IMG/VR virus record: IMGVR_UViG_2931642416_000001
Location: 1-64,000 of that record
Strand: one strand, 5' to 3'
Source of the DNA: a virus
Lineage: Duplodnaviria; Caudoviricetes
DNA length: 64,000 nucleotides
How positions within the stretch are numbered: position 1 is the stretch's first letter; each line of letters starts with the position of its first letter. Position numbers and translations under genes: made by a program. The notes under the pieces were generated by a model that saw only the letters and a program-made list of their open reading frames with translations, had not been told where the DNA came from and ran no database searches. Below, piece after piece: positions 18,179-27,406 of this stretch.

Positions 18179-18545
18179 CACCGAGAAGACCCTCAGCGAC
18201 GAGCTGCGAGCCGCCGCCGCGAAGCTGCGCGAGGCGGCTGCTGACGCGCATGGTGGACCGTGGGGCATGGCTGACGTCGGCATCGCGGTGATCTCCGCTG
18301 ACGTGCAGCCGTACGGCGCTCCGTGCGTCGCGGACCGCCTCTACGAGGGCGACGCACGATGGATGGTCCTCACGAACCCGCTCCTGGGTGAGCCTCTCGC
18401 CTCCTGGCTGGAGACGACGTCGCACGTCATCGACTCGTTCCGCCTGCCGACCCACCCACTGCACGAGCCGTGCGACGACCCGTGCTGCTACACCGCTCAC
18501 CACGCTCTGGCTGTGGCTCGGGTCTTGAACGGGACCTCGACGTGA
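18171..18545 (+). CDS. Hypothetical phage protein
   Basis: ELRAAAAKLRE...GPW...HALAVAR. Confidence 0.6.
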   Translation: MADTEKTLSDELRAAAAKLREAAADAHGGPWGMADVGIAVISADVQPYGAPCVADRLYEGDARWMVLTNPLLGEPLASWLETTSHVIDSFRLPTHPLHEPCDDPCCYTAHHALAVARVLNGTST

Positions 18546-18994
18546 TCGGCCTCGACATGTGGGCGGCCCGCCTCGTCAGAGCCCCGTGGGCCGACACCGC
18601 TCCCGCCGCTCCTGTCGTCGTCTCCGAGGTGGCCGAGTCGAGCCCGATGCTCACCACGTACGCCGACACCGTCTTGGAGGTGGAGGCGGCGGAGCTGGAC
18701 GTGGTGGCTGACCTGGACCGGCTGACTGCTGGCGGGCTGTCGCCACTGGAGGCGTGCCGGGCGCTGTTCGGCGGAAGCGACGCGGAGGCGGGGGACGACT
18801 CGAACGGGATCGGCTCTAGCGGGCCCCAGAAGGCCGCTACGGGACGAGAAGAGGCGTCTCCGGTCTCCCTGTAGCGGACGGGTGGCTGAGAGCCCTTTAG
18901 AAGCGGCTCTCAGCGCTCCGAGATCAGAACTCCAGTCCTAATCAAGATCGACATGCAGCCTCTCAGGGGCCATGTTCGAGAGAGGAAGCGAACG

Positions 18995-19252
18995 ATGAGC
19001 ACAGAGACCATCACCGCCGCCATCGTCCCGTGGGGTCAGGTCGAGCCCGGCTGGGTCGTCCTGTCTCGCGGGCAGATCGTCACCGTCTGCGAGGTCTGGC
19101 AGAACTGGGAGAAGGGCGTGGGCCTGCTCATCCTGTGCCCCGCTACCTCAGACAGGGAGGAGCACGTCGAGCACCGTGAGGAGCACGCCGACGACCTCAC
19201 GGCTGTGATCTCGCGGGCGGACGTTCGGCAGTCTGGGGAGGCGTCCCGATGA
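18995..19252 (+). CDS. Hypothetical phage protein
   Basis: GAGGAA RBS; coupled to the next gene. Confidence 0.45.
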   Translation: MSTETITAAIVPWGQVEPGWVVLSRGQIVTVCEVWQNWEKGVGLLILCPATSDREEHVEHREEHADDLTAVISRADVRQSGEASR

Positions 19253-19521
19253 CGCCACCGACAAAAGAAGTCGTCGAGCAGAGGGGGCTGATCCGCCGCT
19301 TCCGCCGCTGGCTGCTGGAGCCCCTGGCCCAGCCGTTCACGCCAGGGTTCATCGCCGTCACCGCCGCGCTCGGGCTGCCGGCCATGGCGTTCGGCTTCTG
19401 GTTCGGCCAGTACGCAATGGAGACGGGCAATGGGCGCGTGCTGGCCATCGTCCTGGTGTTCGCGCTCGCCGGGTTGGCGGACCTGTTCCGGAGGCTGAAC
19501 CGGGCGCGGCGGTCGAGGTGA
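19249..19521 (+). CDS. Two-TM membrane protein
   Basis: Two hydrophobic helices. Confidence 0.55.
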   Translation: MTPPTKEVVEQRGLIRRFRRWLLEPLAQPFTPGFIAVTAALGLPAMAFGFWFGQYAMETGNGRVLAIVLVFALAGLADLFRRLNRARRSR

Positions 19522-19525
19522 CGGG

Positions 19526-19756
19526 CTACTCGCCGGCGGGCGTCTTGCGGGGGCGGCCGACCTTGGGCTTGGCGGGCGGCCAGTGCGGTTCTACGAGCTT
19601 CAGGGCGGCGTCGAGGTCTTCGCGGGCGAGGCGGAGGAAGGCGCGCAGGAAGTCGTCCATGGTGCGTTGCCGCTCGGCGAGCCCGTCTTTGACGGGGTCG
19701 TACTCGTCTGGCTGGGGGCGGAACGCCTTGGCGCTCAGGCGGTGCTCGGTCGGCAT
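19526..19756 (-). CDS. RHH-like DNA-binding protein
   Basis: KAFRP..DEY...TMDDFLRAFLR; C-terminal GRPRK AT-hook-like motif. Confidence 0.55.
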   Translation of the reverse strand: MPTEHRLSAKAFRPQPDEYDPVKDGLAERQRTMDDFLRAFLRLAREDLDAALKLVEPHWPPAKPKVGRPRKTPAGE

Positions 19757-19775
19757 GAGATCAGTGTGCCAGAGG

Positions 19776-19834
19776 GGCTAGCCACCTTCTAGTGGGCGTG
19801 CTATGTTCATCTCAACAGAAGGTGGCTAGCCACC
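19776..19834. promoter_or_regulatory. 15-bp inverted repeat operator between divergent genes
   Basis: GGCTAGCCACCTTCT (19776-19790) / AGAAGGTGGCTAGCC (19817-19831); palindrome GGTGGCTAGCCACC. Confidence 0.65.
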
Positions 19835-19856
19835 ATACGGAGCCAAGGAGAACGAG

Positions 19857-20048
19857 ATGCAGGTCATGGAGATCGGAACCCGGATCCGCTACTGGGACAC
19901 CGACTATCCGGCGCTGGGCACCATCCTCCGGGCCCGCATCGACGGCCAGGGCGAGGACGCCGAGGCCGAGTACCTGATCCGGTGGGACAACGACCCCGAC
20001 CAGGAGGGCCCCACCTGGTCCTGGTGGATGGAGATCGTCCCCGTCTAG
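19857..20048 (+). CDS. Small hypothetical protein
   Basis: AAGGAG RBS. Confidence 0.55.
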   Translation: MQVMEIGTRIRYWDTDYPALGTILRARIDGQGEDAEAEYLIRWDNDPDQEGPTWSWWMEIVPV

Positions 20049-20113
20049 CAGACCCCGAGGGCCCCGAGAGGGGCCCAACCCCCTCTCCCTGATCACCCGA
20101 AGGTGGTGAGAAC

Positions 20114-20596
20114 ATGTCCGACTTCGTCGCGCCGCCCGGTGCCAACGACGCCATCCGCGAGCACCTGGTCAACTCCGCTGAGATCGCCCGCCGTACGGGC
20201 GTCACCAAGCAGGCGGTCAGCCTGTGGATCACCCGCCACCAGTCGCTAGCGGAGCTCGTCATCACCTGGGTCGGCTCCCACAACCCGATGTTCTGGTGGC
20301 CGGAGGTCGAGGCCGAGCTGGGCCGGCTCGGCCTCCCCGGCGCCCAGGCTGGCGAACCCCGGTGCGGCGCAACCAGAGTCCACGACCAGAGGACACTCAT
20401 CTGCGCCCGGGCGGAGGACCACGACGGCAGCCACATCGACCGCTACCGTCGCGCCCGCTGGGCCGACGGCGGCCCGGCGACCGACCTTGAGGGCCGGCCC
20501 CTGCTGGGCGGCACCGTCCCGACCTCGGACCCGCGGGCGTTCCGCCGTCGCAGGACCACCCCGGCCCGCCTTGGAAAGACCGGAGGCGCAGCATGA
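20114..20596 (+). CDS. HTH protein with C-terminal Cys/His motif
   Basis: LVNSAEIARRTGVTKQAVSLW. Confidence 0.6.
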   Translation: MSDFVAPPGANDAIREHLVNSAEIARRTGVTKQAVSLWITRHQSLAELVITWVGSHNPMFWWPEVEAELGRLGLPGAQAGEPRCGATRVHDQRTLICARAEDHDGSHIDRYRRARWADGGPATDLEGRPLLGGTVPTSDPRAFRRRRTTPARLGKTGGAA

Positions 20597-20925
20597 CCCC
20601 CGTCCACCCGCCCGACCTGCACGGCCGGCCGTGCATCGCCTGCACCGACCCCGACGCGTACGAGGCGTGGCAGGCCACCCAGCGCTCCCACGCCGACCAG
20701 TACAGCGGGTGGGCTGAGACGCTCCGGGCCGCCGGCCAGGTGATGAAGGAGCGGTCCGTCTGGGCGGCCGTCCGCGGCGAGGACAGCGCCGACTACGCCA
20801 TCCTCAACGTCCGGCTGTGCGGGGAAGCCAACGCTCTAGCGATGCGCGCCAACAGCATCCGCCACCACATGGAGGTGGTCGCGGCCAGCCACACCGAACC
20901 CGTCCAGACGACCCTCCCGGCATAG
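20593..20925 (+). CDS. Hypothetical phage protein
   Basis: GGAGG RBS. Confidence 0.5.
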   Translation: MTPVHPPDLHGRPCIACTDPDAYEAWQATQRSHADQYSGWAETLRAAGQVMKERSVWAAVRGEDSADYAILNVRLCGEANALAMRANSIRHHMEVVAASHTEPVQTTLPA

Positions 20926-20934
20926 GAGGACGCG

Positions 20935-21285
20935 ATGGTCGACAAGCTCGTCGCCACCGGCGACGCCGACGCTGACACCTACCTGCACATCGCCCGCGAG
21001 ATGCGCGCATGGAAGGCCGCCCTACGCCTCGCCGAGGAGTACGTGGTGGACGGGCACCGGTACGAGAAAGTGCCGTGGCCGCGCGCCGAAACCGCCCTCA
21101 ACCCCGTCGGGTACACGCTCGCCGCCGACGTCGTCGACCTCGCCCCGATCGCCATCGACTCCGCCCGCGAGCGTGCACGCCGGCACCTGGAAGCCGTACA
21201 AGCCCGCAACCCCGCGACGGCCGACCTGATCGCCGCTCACGCCGCCTACCTGCTCGGCCCCGAACCGAACGGAGACCCCCGATGA
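20935..21285 (+). CDS. Hypothetical phage protein
   Basis: AGGAGGA RBS. Confidence 0.55.
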   Translation: MVDKLVATGDADADTYLHIAREMRAWKAALRLAEEYVVDGHRYEKVPWPRAETALNPVGYTLAADVVDLAPIAIDSARERARRHLEAVQARNPATADLIAAHAAYLLGPEPNGDPR

Positions 21286-21587
21286 ACCCGATCGTCATGC
21301 CCGACCGCACGACCGACCTGTACGTGTGGCTGACCGTCCGCGAAACCGCCGGCCCGTACCAGGTCGACGGCGCCCACCTGGACGAGGAGGCTGCCCGCGA
21401 CCAGGCCGAGAAGCTCGCGGAAGCCGACTTCCCGCCCGGCACGGTGTTCTCGTGGGCGCCCGTCACAGGTGACGACCCAGACGGGCCGCAGGTGCTGTTC
21501 GCAGACACACCCGACCAGGAGGACGTGCAGACCCGCCACCAGGTGCACTGGCGGCCGGTCCGGCTCGGCGGCGAAGGCGAAGACTGA
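21282..21587 (+). CDS. Hypothetical phage protein
   Basis: GGAG RBS; ATGA overlap. Confidence 0.5.
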   Translation: MNPIVMPDRTTDLYVWLTVRETAGPYQVDGAHLDEEAARDQAEKLAEADFPPGTVFSWAPVTGDDPDGPQVLFADTPDQEDVQTRHQVHWRPVRLGGEGED

Positions 21588-21657
21588 CGACCCTCACGGG
21601 CGGGACCTTCGCTGTCCCGCCCGCCCCTGACCAGACCCCCTGAACGGAGACCGACCG

Positions 21658-21870
21658 ATGACCGCCACGCTGACGCAGCAGCCGATCTACACCCTGGCCT
21701 GCGACGCGCCTGACTGCGGAGCCACCTTCGAGGCGAAGCATGACTTCGACCAGGGCAGCGATCGGGCGACCCGACGTGCTGCCCGCCGCGCTGGCTGGGA
21801 TGTACCACCGCCGCGCGGCAAGGGCTCCCGCTCGCCGTACGACTTCTGCCCCGAGCACAAGCGCCGCTGA
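21658..21870 (+). CDS. Small zinc-finger protein
   Basis: CDAPDC...GW...DFCPEH. Confidence 0.6.
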   Translation: MTATLTQQPIYTLACDAPDCGATFEAKHDFDQGSDRATRRAARRAGWDVPPPRGKGSRSPYDFCPEHKRR

Positions 21871-21938
21871 CCTCTCGCCCTCTCCGCCTACACGGGAGAG
21901 ACCGCAACCCAAGACCCCCGAGCAACCGAGAAGGCGAC

Positions 21939-22205
21939 ATGAGCAACGAACTCACCCCGAACGAGCGGGAGGTCCTCGCCGACGTGTTCGGCGACGACCC
22001 GACGTACAAGGAACAGGAGCGCGAGTACGTCGTCGTCTCCTACTGGCGGGGCAAGGGGAGGCTGTCCGCCCACGGCCCTTACCCGCAGCACCTCGCCGAG
22101 AAGAAGGCCAAGGCCGAGGGCGGCATCGTCGCCGAACGAGTCAAGACCACGACATGGGGACCATGGAGCCTCGCCTCTCCGGACTCCTCCTCCGAGGAGG
22201 GCTGA
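21939..22205 (+). CDS. Hypothetical phage protein
   Basis: Ends in the junction repeat. Confidence 0.5.
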   Translation: MSNELTPNEREVLADVFGDDPTYKEQEREYVVVSYWRGKGRLSAHGPYPQHLAEKKAKAEGGIVAERVKTTTWGPWSLASPDSSSEEG

Positions 22206-22209
22206 CCCG

Positions 22210-22392
22210 ATGCCTAAGGACACTCGCCGCTCGGGCTACCCGGCTGACGTTGCTGTCCCGGACTGGCTGCTGAACACCGCCGTCCGGGCCTGGCAGCAGA
22301 ACCCCTCCCTGCCACTCAACGACCGCATGCGAGCGGTCCTCGTAGAAGCGCTCACCGAGTACCGGATCGCCTACTGGCCCGAGGAGGGCTGA
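22210..22392 (+). CDS. Small hypothetical protein
   Basis: Flanked by junction repeats containing an RBS. Confidence 0.55.
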   Translation: MPKDTRRSGYPADVAVPDWLLNTAVRAWQQNPSLPLNDRMRAVLVEALTEYRIAYWPEEG

Positions 22393-22396
22393 CCCG

Positions 22397-22651
22397 ATGG
22401 CTACGATCTCCGCCGCGCAGCTCAGCCTCCTCCGCCGCTCCCACGAGGGCACCGTGTACGTGGACCGCGACCCGGGATCGTCACGCCCGGGAAGCGGCAT
22501 CCACCGCCGCACCCTCGACGCTCTCCGAAACGCCGGCCTCCTCCGCAAGGGCGACTACGTGCCGTTGAAGGGCCGCCCGCTGGTCGTCACCACGAAGGGC
22601 GTAGCGCTCCTGATCCACCTCGGACAGACCCCTGCCCCGGAGGAGGGGTGA
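22397..22651 (+). CDS. Small winged-helix-like protein
   Basis: RRTLDALRNAGLL...VTTKG. Confidence 0.55.
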   Translation: MATISAAQLSLLRRSHEGTVYVDRDPGSSRPGSGIHRRTLDALRNAGLLRKGDYVPLKGRPLVVTTKGVALLIHLGQTPAPEEG

Positions 22652-22654
22652 CCC

Positions 22655-22894
22655 GTGGCCGACTTCAACATCCCTCGCGGCCCGATTGACTCCGAGCCGC
22701 TACGCGCCATACTCGCCGACCCCAGCGAGTCCACGCGCCTCGCCAAGACGGCCGCCCTCCAGACGGCGCTCGACGGTGTCGAACTTGGCGAGTGGGACCG
22801 CACCATCCTGGTCTGGTTGGCGGGATGGGAGCCTTCCACCGTCGCCGTCGTCTGCTCGTGGCTGCACCGGGTTAGGGAGGCGCCCCGTGGGTGA
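22655..22894 (+). CDS. Hypothetical phage protein
   Basis: GVELGEWDRTILVWLAGWEPSTVAVVCSWL. Confidence 0.6.
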   Translation: MADFNIPRGPIDSEPLRAILADPSESTRLAKTAALQTALDGVELGEWDRTILVWLAGWEPSTVAVVCSWLHRVREAPRG

Positions 22895-23288
22895 CCGAGA
22901 GCCGAAGCGCATCCAGAGACGACGCACGAAGGGCTACAAGCTCCCCGAGGGGGCGGTCTGCGTAGACCGCACCACGAAGTGGGGCAACCCTGTTCGGATC
23001 ACACCGGAGCGCAGCGAACGCGACGGCAGGCGCATGTACCGCGTCCACGGCAGCCCGATGGACATCAGCGGCGGACCGTCCTACAACGACCTGGAGACGG
23101 CACGCTACTTCGCCGCGAAGTTCTTCAAGTGGGACCTGCTCAACGGACGGTACGGAGACGCCTACCCGTCCCTGGACGAGATTCGACGCGAGCTGGCAGG
23201 CAAGGATCTCGCGTGCTGGTGTCCAGAGGGCCCCTGCCATGCGGACGTGCTATTGGAGATCGCGGACGGAGCGTACGCCGATGCCTGA
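22887..23288 (+). CDS. DUF4326-like protein
   Basis: RIQRRRTKG..LPEGAVCVDRTTKWGNP...ELAGKDLACWC...CHADVL. Confidence 0.8.
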   Translation: MGDREPKRIQRRRTKGYKLPEGAVCVDRTTKWGNPVRITPERSERDGRRMYRVHGSPMDISGGPSYNDLETARYFAAKFFKWDLLNGRYGDAYPSLDEIRRELAGKDLACWCPEGPCHADVLLEIADGAYADA

Positions 23289-23625
23289 GCCCATCCCAGC
23301 AGAAGCCGAACAGGCTGTCGCTGACGACCTCATGGAGGCGTTCGCCAACGTGCCGTTCCGCTTCTGGACCTGCCTCAATAAGGCGCACAAGGACGTCACC
23401 TGGAACGGCGACGTCGCCTCCTGCGACACGTGCGGGCTCACCTCAACCATGAAGGACGCCTGGACCAAGCTCGTCCGCGAGCACGAGCGCAAGAGGACCG
23501 CCGAAGAGATCGCCACCGCCATCGAGGCCCGCCGCTGCTCGATGGACCGCAAGTTCTGTGTCTCGTGCGTGTGCCGTCCCGAGGATGCTGCCCTCGCCCG
23601 CCAGATAGGAGAAGCCCGTGCCTGA
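23281..23625 (+). CDS. Hypothetical zinc-binding protein
   Basis: Coupled ORF with CxxC motifs. Confidence 0.5.
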   Translation: MPEPIPAEAEQAVADDLMEAFANVPFRFWTCLNKAHKDVTWNGDVASCDTCGLTSTMKDAWTKLVREHERKRTAEEIATAIEARRCSMDRKFCVSCVCRPEDAALARQIGEARA

Positions 23626-23887
23626 GGACGTGACCATCGTCGTGGACGAGACAGAGGGCAGCCCCTTCGATCGGATCCGCCGCATCGCTGTCGGCGCTGC
23701 TAACGGCTGGGCGCTGGGGCCGAACGGCTTCTACCAGCAGCCACGGATGACGGGTGCTGACATCGCACATGGGCAGGTCCGCGCGGACCTGCTACACCTG
23801 CTGGAGCTGGGGCTCATCAGCATCGACGAGCAGCGCCTCAACGAGCTGCGCATGTACAAGCCGTGGAGGGAGGAGGACCGTGGCTGA
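23618..23887 (+). CDS. Hypothetical phage protein
   Basis: AGGAG RBS. Confidence 0.5.
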   Translation: MPEDVTIVVDETEGSPFDRIRRIAVGAANGWALGPNGFYQQPRMTGADIAHGQVRADLLHLLELGLISIDEQRLNELRMYKPWREEDRG

Positions 23888-24323
23888 TGACCTCCGCCAC
23901 CGCTACGCCGAAGCGCTCGCCGCGAAGTTCACCGAACCGGTCTACCGGTCCGACAGGGACGGCGAGAACGAGTGGGTCGAGAACCCTGAGCCCGCCGACC
24001 GGATCGACCAGACGCCGTACGTCATGGTCTCCGCAGGGGATGGGTGTCGGGCGTTCTACACGCCGTCGTGTGCCGAGCTCGCTGAGGTGGTCGCCGCTGT
24101 ACGAGACGAGGAACTGGAACGGCTCCACGCCGTCCTCGCCCGTGTCCGTGCTCAAGCTGCAGAGTGGGCGCAGCTCGCCGAACGCGGAGACCCCTGTGCA
24201 GAGCGGGTAGACCTGGCTATTGCTGACTGTGGACGCGACGTCCTCGCCGCTCTCGACGCTAGCCTGCCCCCACCGAAGTCTCTCAAAGTGGAAGACGTGC
24301 CCATGGCCAGCGGAGGAGACTGA
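23880..24323 (+). CDS. Hypothetical phage protein
   Basis: LRHRYAEAL...VRDEELERL. Confidence 0.55.
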   Translation: MADDLRHRYAEALAAKFTEPVYRSDRDGENEWVENPEPADRIDQTPYVMVSAGDGCRAFYTPSCAELAEVVAAVRDEELERLHAVLARVRAQAAEWAQLAERGDPCAERVDLAIADCGRDVLAALDASLPPPKSLKVEDVPMASGGD

Positions 24324-24376
24324 GACCGGCGGGCGAGACAGCAGTCCGCCCTGTTCAAGGAGGCCAAGTGACGCCG

Positions 24377-24793
24377 ATGCCGAACGACCCGGACCTCTTG
24401 AGCGAAGCTCTTTGCAAGACCGCACTCGCCGGCGTAACCGTGAACACTCCCACGCAGGGACGGAACGAGGTCTACCACCTGCTGAACCACGAGCTCAGGC
24501 CGCTCTGTGGCTGCGGCGAAGCCGACGGGCGGCGTCTAATGGCCGTCGAAGCTCCCTGGATGCTCCGCTGTGGTAGGTCCGGGTGTCTGGAGCACTGGCG
24601 ATTCATCAAGAAGGCCAACGAGGTGCTCGTCACAGCAGCAGGGGACTGCTATCACGACTACGTGGATTGCGAGGCGTTCCTGAACGGACGTCGCGGCAGC
24701 CTGCATGCGCAGTACCACCTGCATGATGTTGAACAGACGGACGTGTTCAAGGCTGAACGAAAAGGAAAGCGCCCTTGCCCGACCTGCCGGTGA
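24377..24793 (+). CDS. Cys/His-rich hypothetical protein
   Basis: YHDYVDC...RPCPTC. Confidence 0.5.
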   Translation: MPNDPDLLSEALCKTALAGVTVNTPTQGRNEVYHLLNHELRPLCGCGEADGRRLMAVEAPWMLRCGRSGCLEHWRFIKKANEVLVTAAGDCYHDYVDCEAFLNGRRGSLHAQYHLHDVEQTDVFKAERKGKRPCPTCR

Positions 24794-25014
24794 GCGAGCT
24801 GCTCCTTAACCTCGATGAGCCTTCTACCCGAGAGCACGTCACCCGATGCGCCGCCTGCAAGCACACCCTGCGCACCCCTGAGTCTCGTGCTCTCGGCATC
24901 GGCCCTGACTGCGCGTCCAAGCTCGGCATCGCACCCCGCAAGCCTCTCCGGATCACTGGTGTCCCTACCGGGTGGGACGTGGAGGGACAGACAGACCTAC
25001 TGGAGGAGACGTGA
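24790..25014 (+). CDS. DUF6011-like zinc-finger protein
   Basis: CAACKHTLRTPESRALGIGPDCA. Confidence 0.7.
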   Translation: MSELLLNLDEPSTREHVTRCAACKHTLRTPESRALGIGPDCASKLGIAPRKPLRITGVPTGWDVEGQTDLLEET

Positions 25015-25561
25015 CCCGCTACTTCCATCCGATGCACGTCTACGACACTAGGGACGGATGGACCTGGGGTGTGCTCGCCTACGAGGAGCCGGCCGGGTTC
25101 TGCGTGTGGGATGAGGGGCTTCAGATGTTCATCGGCGCAGGCATCACAGAGCCCGTGGCGATGCTCAGCCTGGGGGAGCCGTACGAGACCCCGGACGGCC
25201 GGATATGACCGCCGTCGAACACTTGTGGTCGGTCGATCAGGACGCCTACGAGGACGTCAGCGACGACGGACGGTACGTCGAGTGGAAGCCCACCGGGTAC
25301 GCCTCGTTCCGCTGCTCGTGCGGCATCTTCGAGCACGGCCGCTCCGACATGATCGTGGCGCTCGCCAAGCTACACCTCGGCGAAGACGAGTTGTGAGACG
25401 ATTACTGTCGTTCCCGCCACTCCGGCATACGCCAGACTCTCACTAGACAGCGAAAGCGGCCCTCCGCACCACCGGAGAGCCGCCTCGTCCCACTAGTCCT
25501 CGCCCACCGCAATGCCCTCATAAGCGGTCTCCTGTAAGCGTACTGCTCAGAGGGGGACAAA

Positions 25562-26434
25562 GTGGCCCTGGACTGCCCCGTCGCATCCTGCGACCGCACC
25601 ATGCCCGGCTCGGCCCGCATCTGCGGAGCCTGTGAGGCCGAACTCGACCGCGAACTCGCCGCCGTCCCGGACCTGTGGGCGGACCTCGATCTCGCCATCA
25701 CTAGGCAGACCCGCCTCACCAGCGGGGGAGTCGGCGGACGCGGCAACGAGAAGCCACTCCCGTGGAACGAACGAGCATCGGAGGCGGCTGACCATCTCGC
25801 CGTGATCCTGCTCGGCTGGACCCGAGTCCTCGTCGCCTCCGTCCACCCCTTGCAAGGCCCCGTCTGCGCCTCCTGCGACCACCCGTCGTGCACGTACATC
25901 CACCTCGGCCGCGAACCCCACCACGACCCCGTCCACGTTTCTCGTTGGCTCCGCAGGCACGCCGGCCCGCTCATCGCCCACCCCGCCGGCCCCGACGCCG
26001 TCGAGGAGATCCTTCTCGCCGCCAGGAACGCCCGCTACGCCACCGACGCCCCACCGCGGGATCTCGTCTACGCCGGCCCGTGCGACGCCTGCGAAGGCGA
26101 CCTGTACGCCCGACCTGGCGCTGTGTCGGTCTGCTGCCGCTGGTGTGTGGACGAGGACGGGCAGCGGCCCCGCTACGACGTCCACGCCCGCCGCGAGTGG
26201 ATGCTGAAAGCCCTCGAAGACCGACAGTTCGGCGCCCCGACGATCGCCCGCGCGCTGACGTCGCTGATCCGGCCGATCAAGCCCGCCCTGCTACACACCT
26301 GGATCTCCAGGGGCAAGCTCCAGCCGGCAGGGCTGGACGAGTCGGGGCGCATGGTTTTCCGCGTGGGCGACGTGATCGACCTCATGGCCTCGGGCGACAC
26401 GAGGGGTCGTCAGCGTGACCTGGTAGTTGCGTAG
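25562..26434 (+). CDS. Conserved actinophage zinc-finger plus C-terminal HTH protein (possible late-gene regulator)
   Basis: CxxC motifs; C-terminal LLHTWISRGKL...FRVGDVIDL; sits at the end of the early region. Confidence 0.65.
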   Translation: MALDCPVASCDRTMPGSARICGACEAELDRELAAVPDLWADLDLAITRQTRLTSGGVGGRGNEKPLPWNERASEAADHLAVILLGWTRVLVASVHPLQGPVCASCDHPSCTYIHLGREPHHDPVHVSRWLRRHAGPLIAHPAGPDAVEEILLAARNARYATDAPPRDLVYAGPCDACEGDLYARPGAVSVCCRWCVDEDGQRPRYDVHARREWMLKALEDRQFGAPTIARALTSLIRPIKPALLHTWISRGKLQPAGLDESGRMVFRVGDVIDLMASGDTRGRQRDLVVA

Positions 26435-26766
26435 ACAACGATCAGGTGACATGATCCCTGGTGATAGCTTCGGCGAGAGCCGTCGAGAAGCCCGTCCATC
26501 TCCTCCCCGAGTGGGCGGGCTCTCGCCATTTCTGGGCTCCTATACGCCGCTAGAGACTTCAAGACGCGCGCCCTGTGCTGGAGGCGCGCTGCTCGCGTGA
26601 CCACTCCTGCCCCCGTAGGTGACTGTCGCGTGAGCCGGGTTGGCGGCCCTCGTCCCGGCGAGGGAGCGGGGCCGCCAACCCACCCCCATATGCGTGCGGC
26701 CCTGACTAGCTGGGGGGTTGGGTCCAGGGCCGCACAACAACCCCCTACAGCCCCCTGGAGACACGC

Positions 26767-27081
26767 ATGCCCCGGTTCAGGAAGAAGCCCGTCGAGATCG
26801 AAGCCATGCTCCTCCCCATCGACCCCACACCCGCGCAGGGCATGGAGGTCTACCAGTGGATCGAGCAGCACATCGGCTCCACCCAGCCCGCTGGTGAAGG
26901 CCCCGGATACAAGCCTGTCGCTACAGGGGTCACGATCGACCCCACCGACGGCCAGATCGTCATCCGCACCCTCGAAGGCGATATGAAGGTCAGTCCCGGC
27001 GACTACGTCATCCGCGGCGTTGCTGGAGAGTTCTACCCGTGCAAGCCGGACGTGTTCGCCGAGACGTACGAGGCGGTCTGA
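26767..27081 (+). CDS. PGDYG-like phage protein
   Basis: FRKKPVEIEA...IRTLEGDMKVSPGDYVIRGVAGEFYPCKPDVFAETY. Confidence 0.8.
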   Translation: MPRFRKKPVEIEAMLLPIDPTPAQGMEVYQWIEQHIGSTQPAGEGPGYKPVATGVTIDPTDGQIVIRTLEGDMKVSPGDYVIRGVAGEFYPCKPDVFAETYEAV

Positions 27082-27082
27082 G

Positions 27083-27403
27083 ATGGCAGAGACGACGACC
27101 GCCAAGCCGTACCTGTGGGCCGACGCTGATCGCCTGATGTGGCGTACGGAGTCAACCGGCGGCAAGATCGTCATGCCGCACGAGCCGTTCCTAACCTGGC
27201 TACGCTCGGAGAACATCGACCCCGCCAGGGCGAAGCGGTGCGAGGTCTACGAGGCCCGCGACGGCAAGCCGCCGTACGCGATCGTCACCCTGTACGAGCT
27301 GGACGAGAACGGCCGCAGAGTCCTCGACGAGGTACGCGAGGAATGCGTGACCTACACCGAGATCGTGCCCCTGTCGTCGCTGCCTCCCTTGACGGAGGTG
27401 TGA
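27083..27403 (+). CDS. Hypothetical phage protein
   Basis: Coupled ORF. Confidence 0.5.
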   Translation: MAETTTAKPYLWADADRLMWRTESTGGKIVMPHEPFLTWLRSENIDPARAKRCEVYEARDGKPPYAIVTLYELDENGRRVLDEVREECVTYTEIVPLSSLPPLTEV

Positions 27404-27406
27404 GCG

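Larger units (their letters stand above)
22192..22657 (+). repeat. 21-bp gene-junction direct repeat (RBS-stop-start), 2 exact copies plus 1 degenerate
   Basis: CCGAGGAGGGCTGACCCGATG at 22192 and 22379; CGGAGGAGGGGTGACCCGTG at 22638. Confidence 0.8.
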
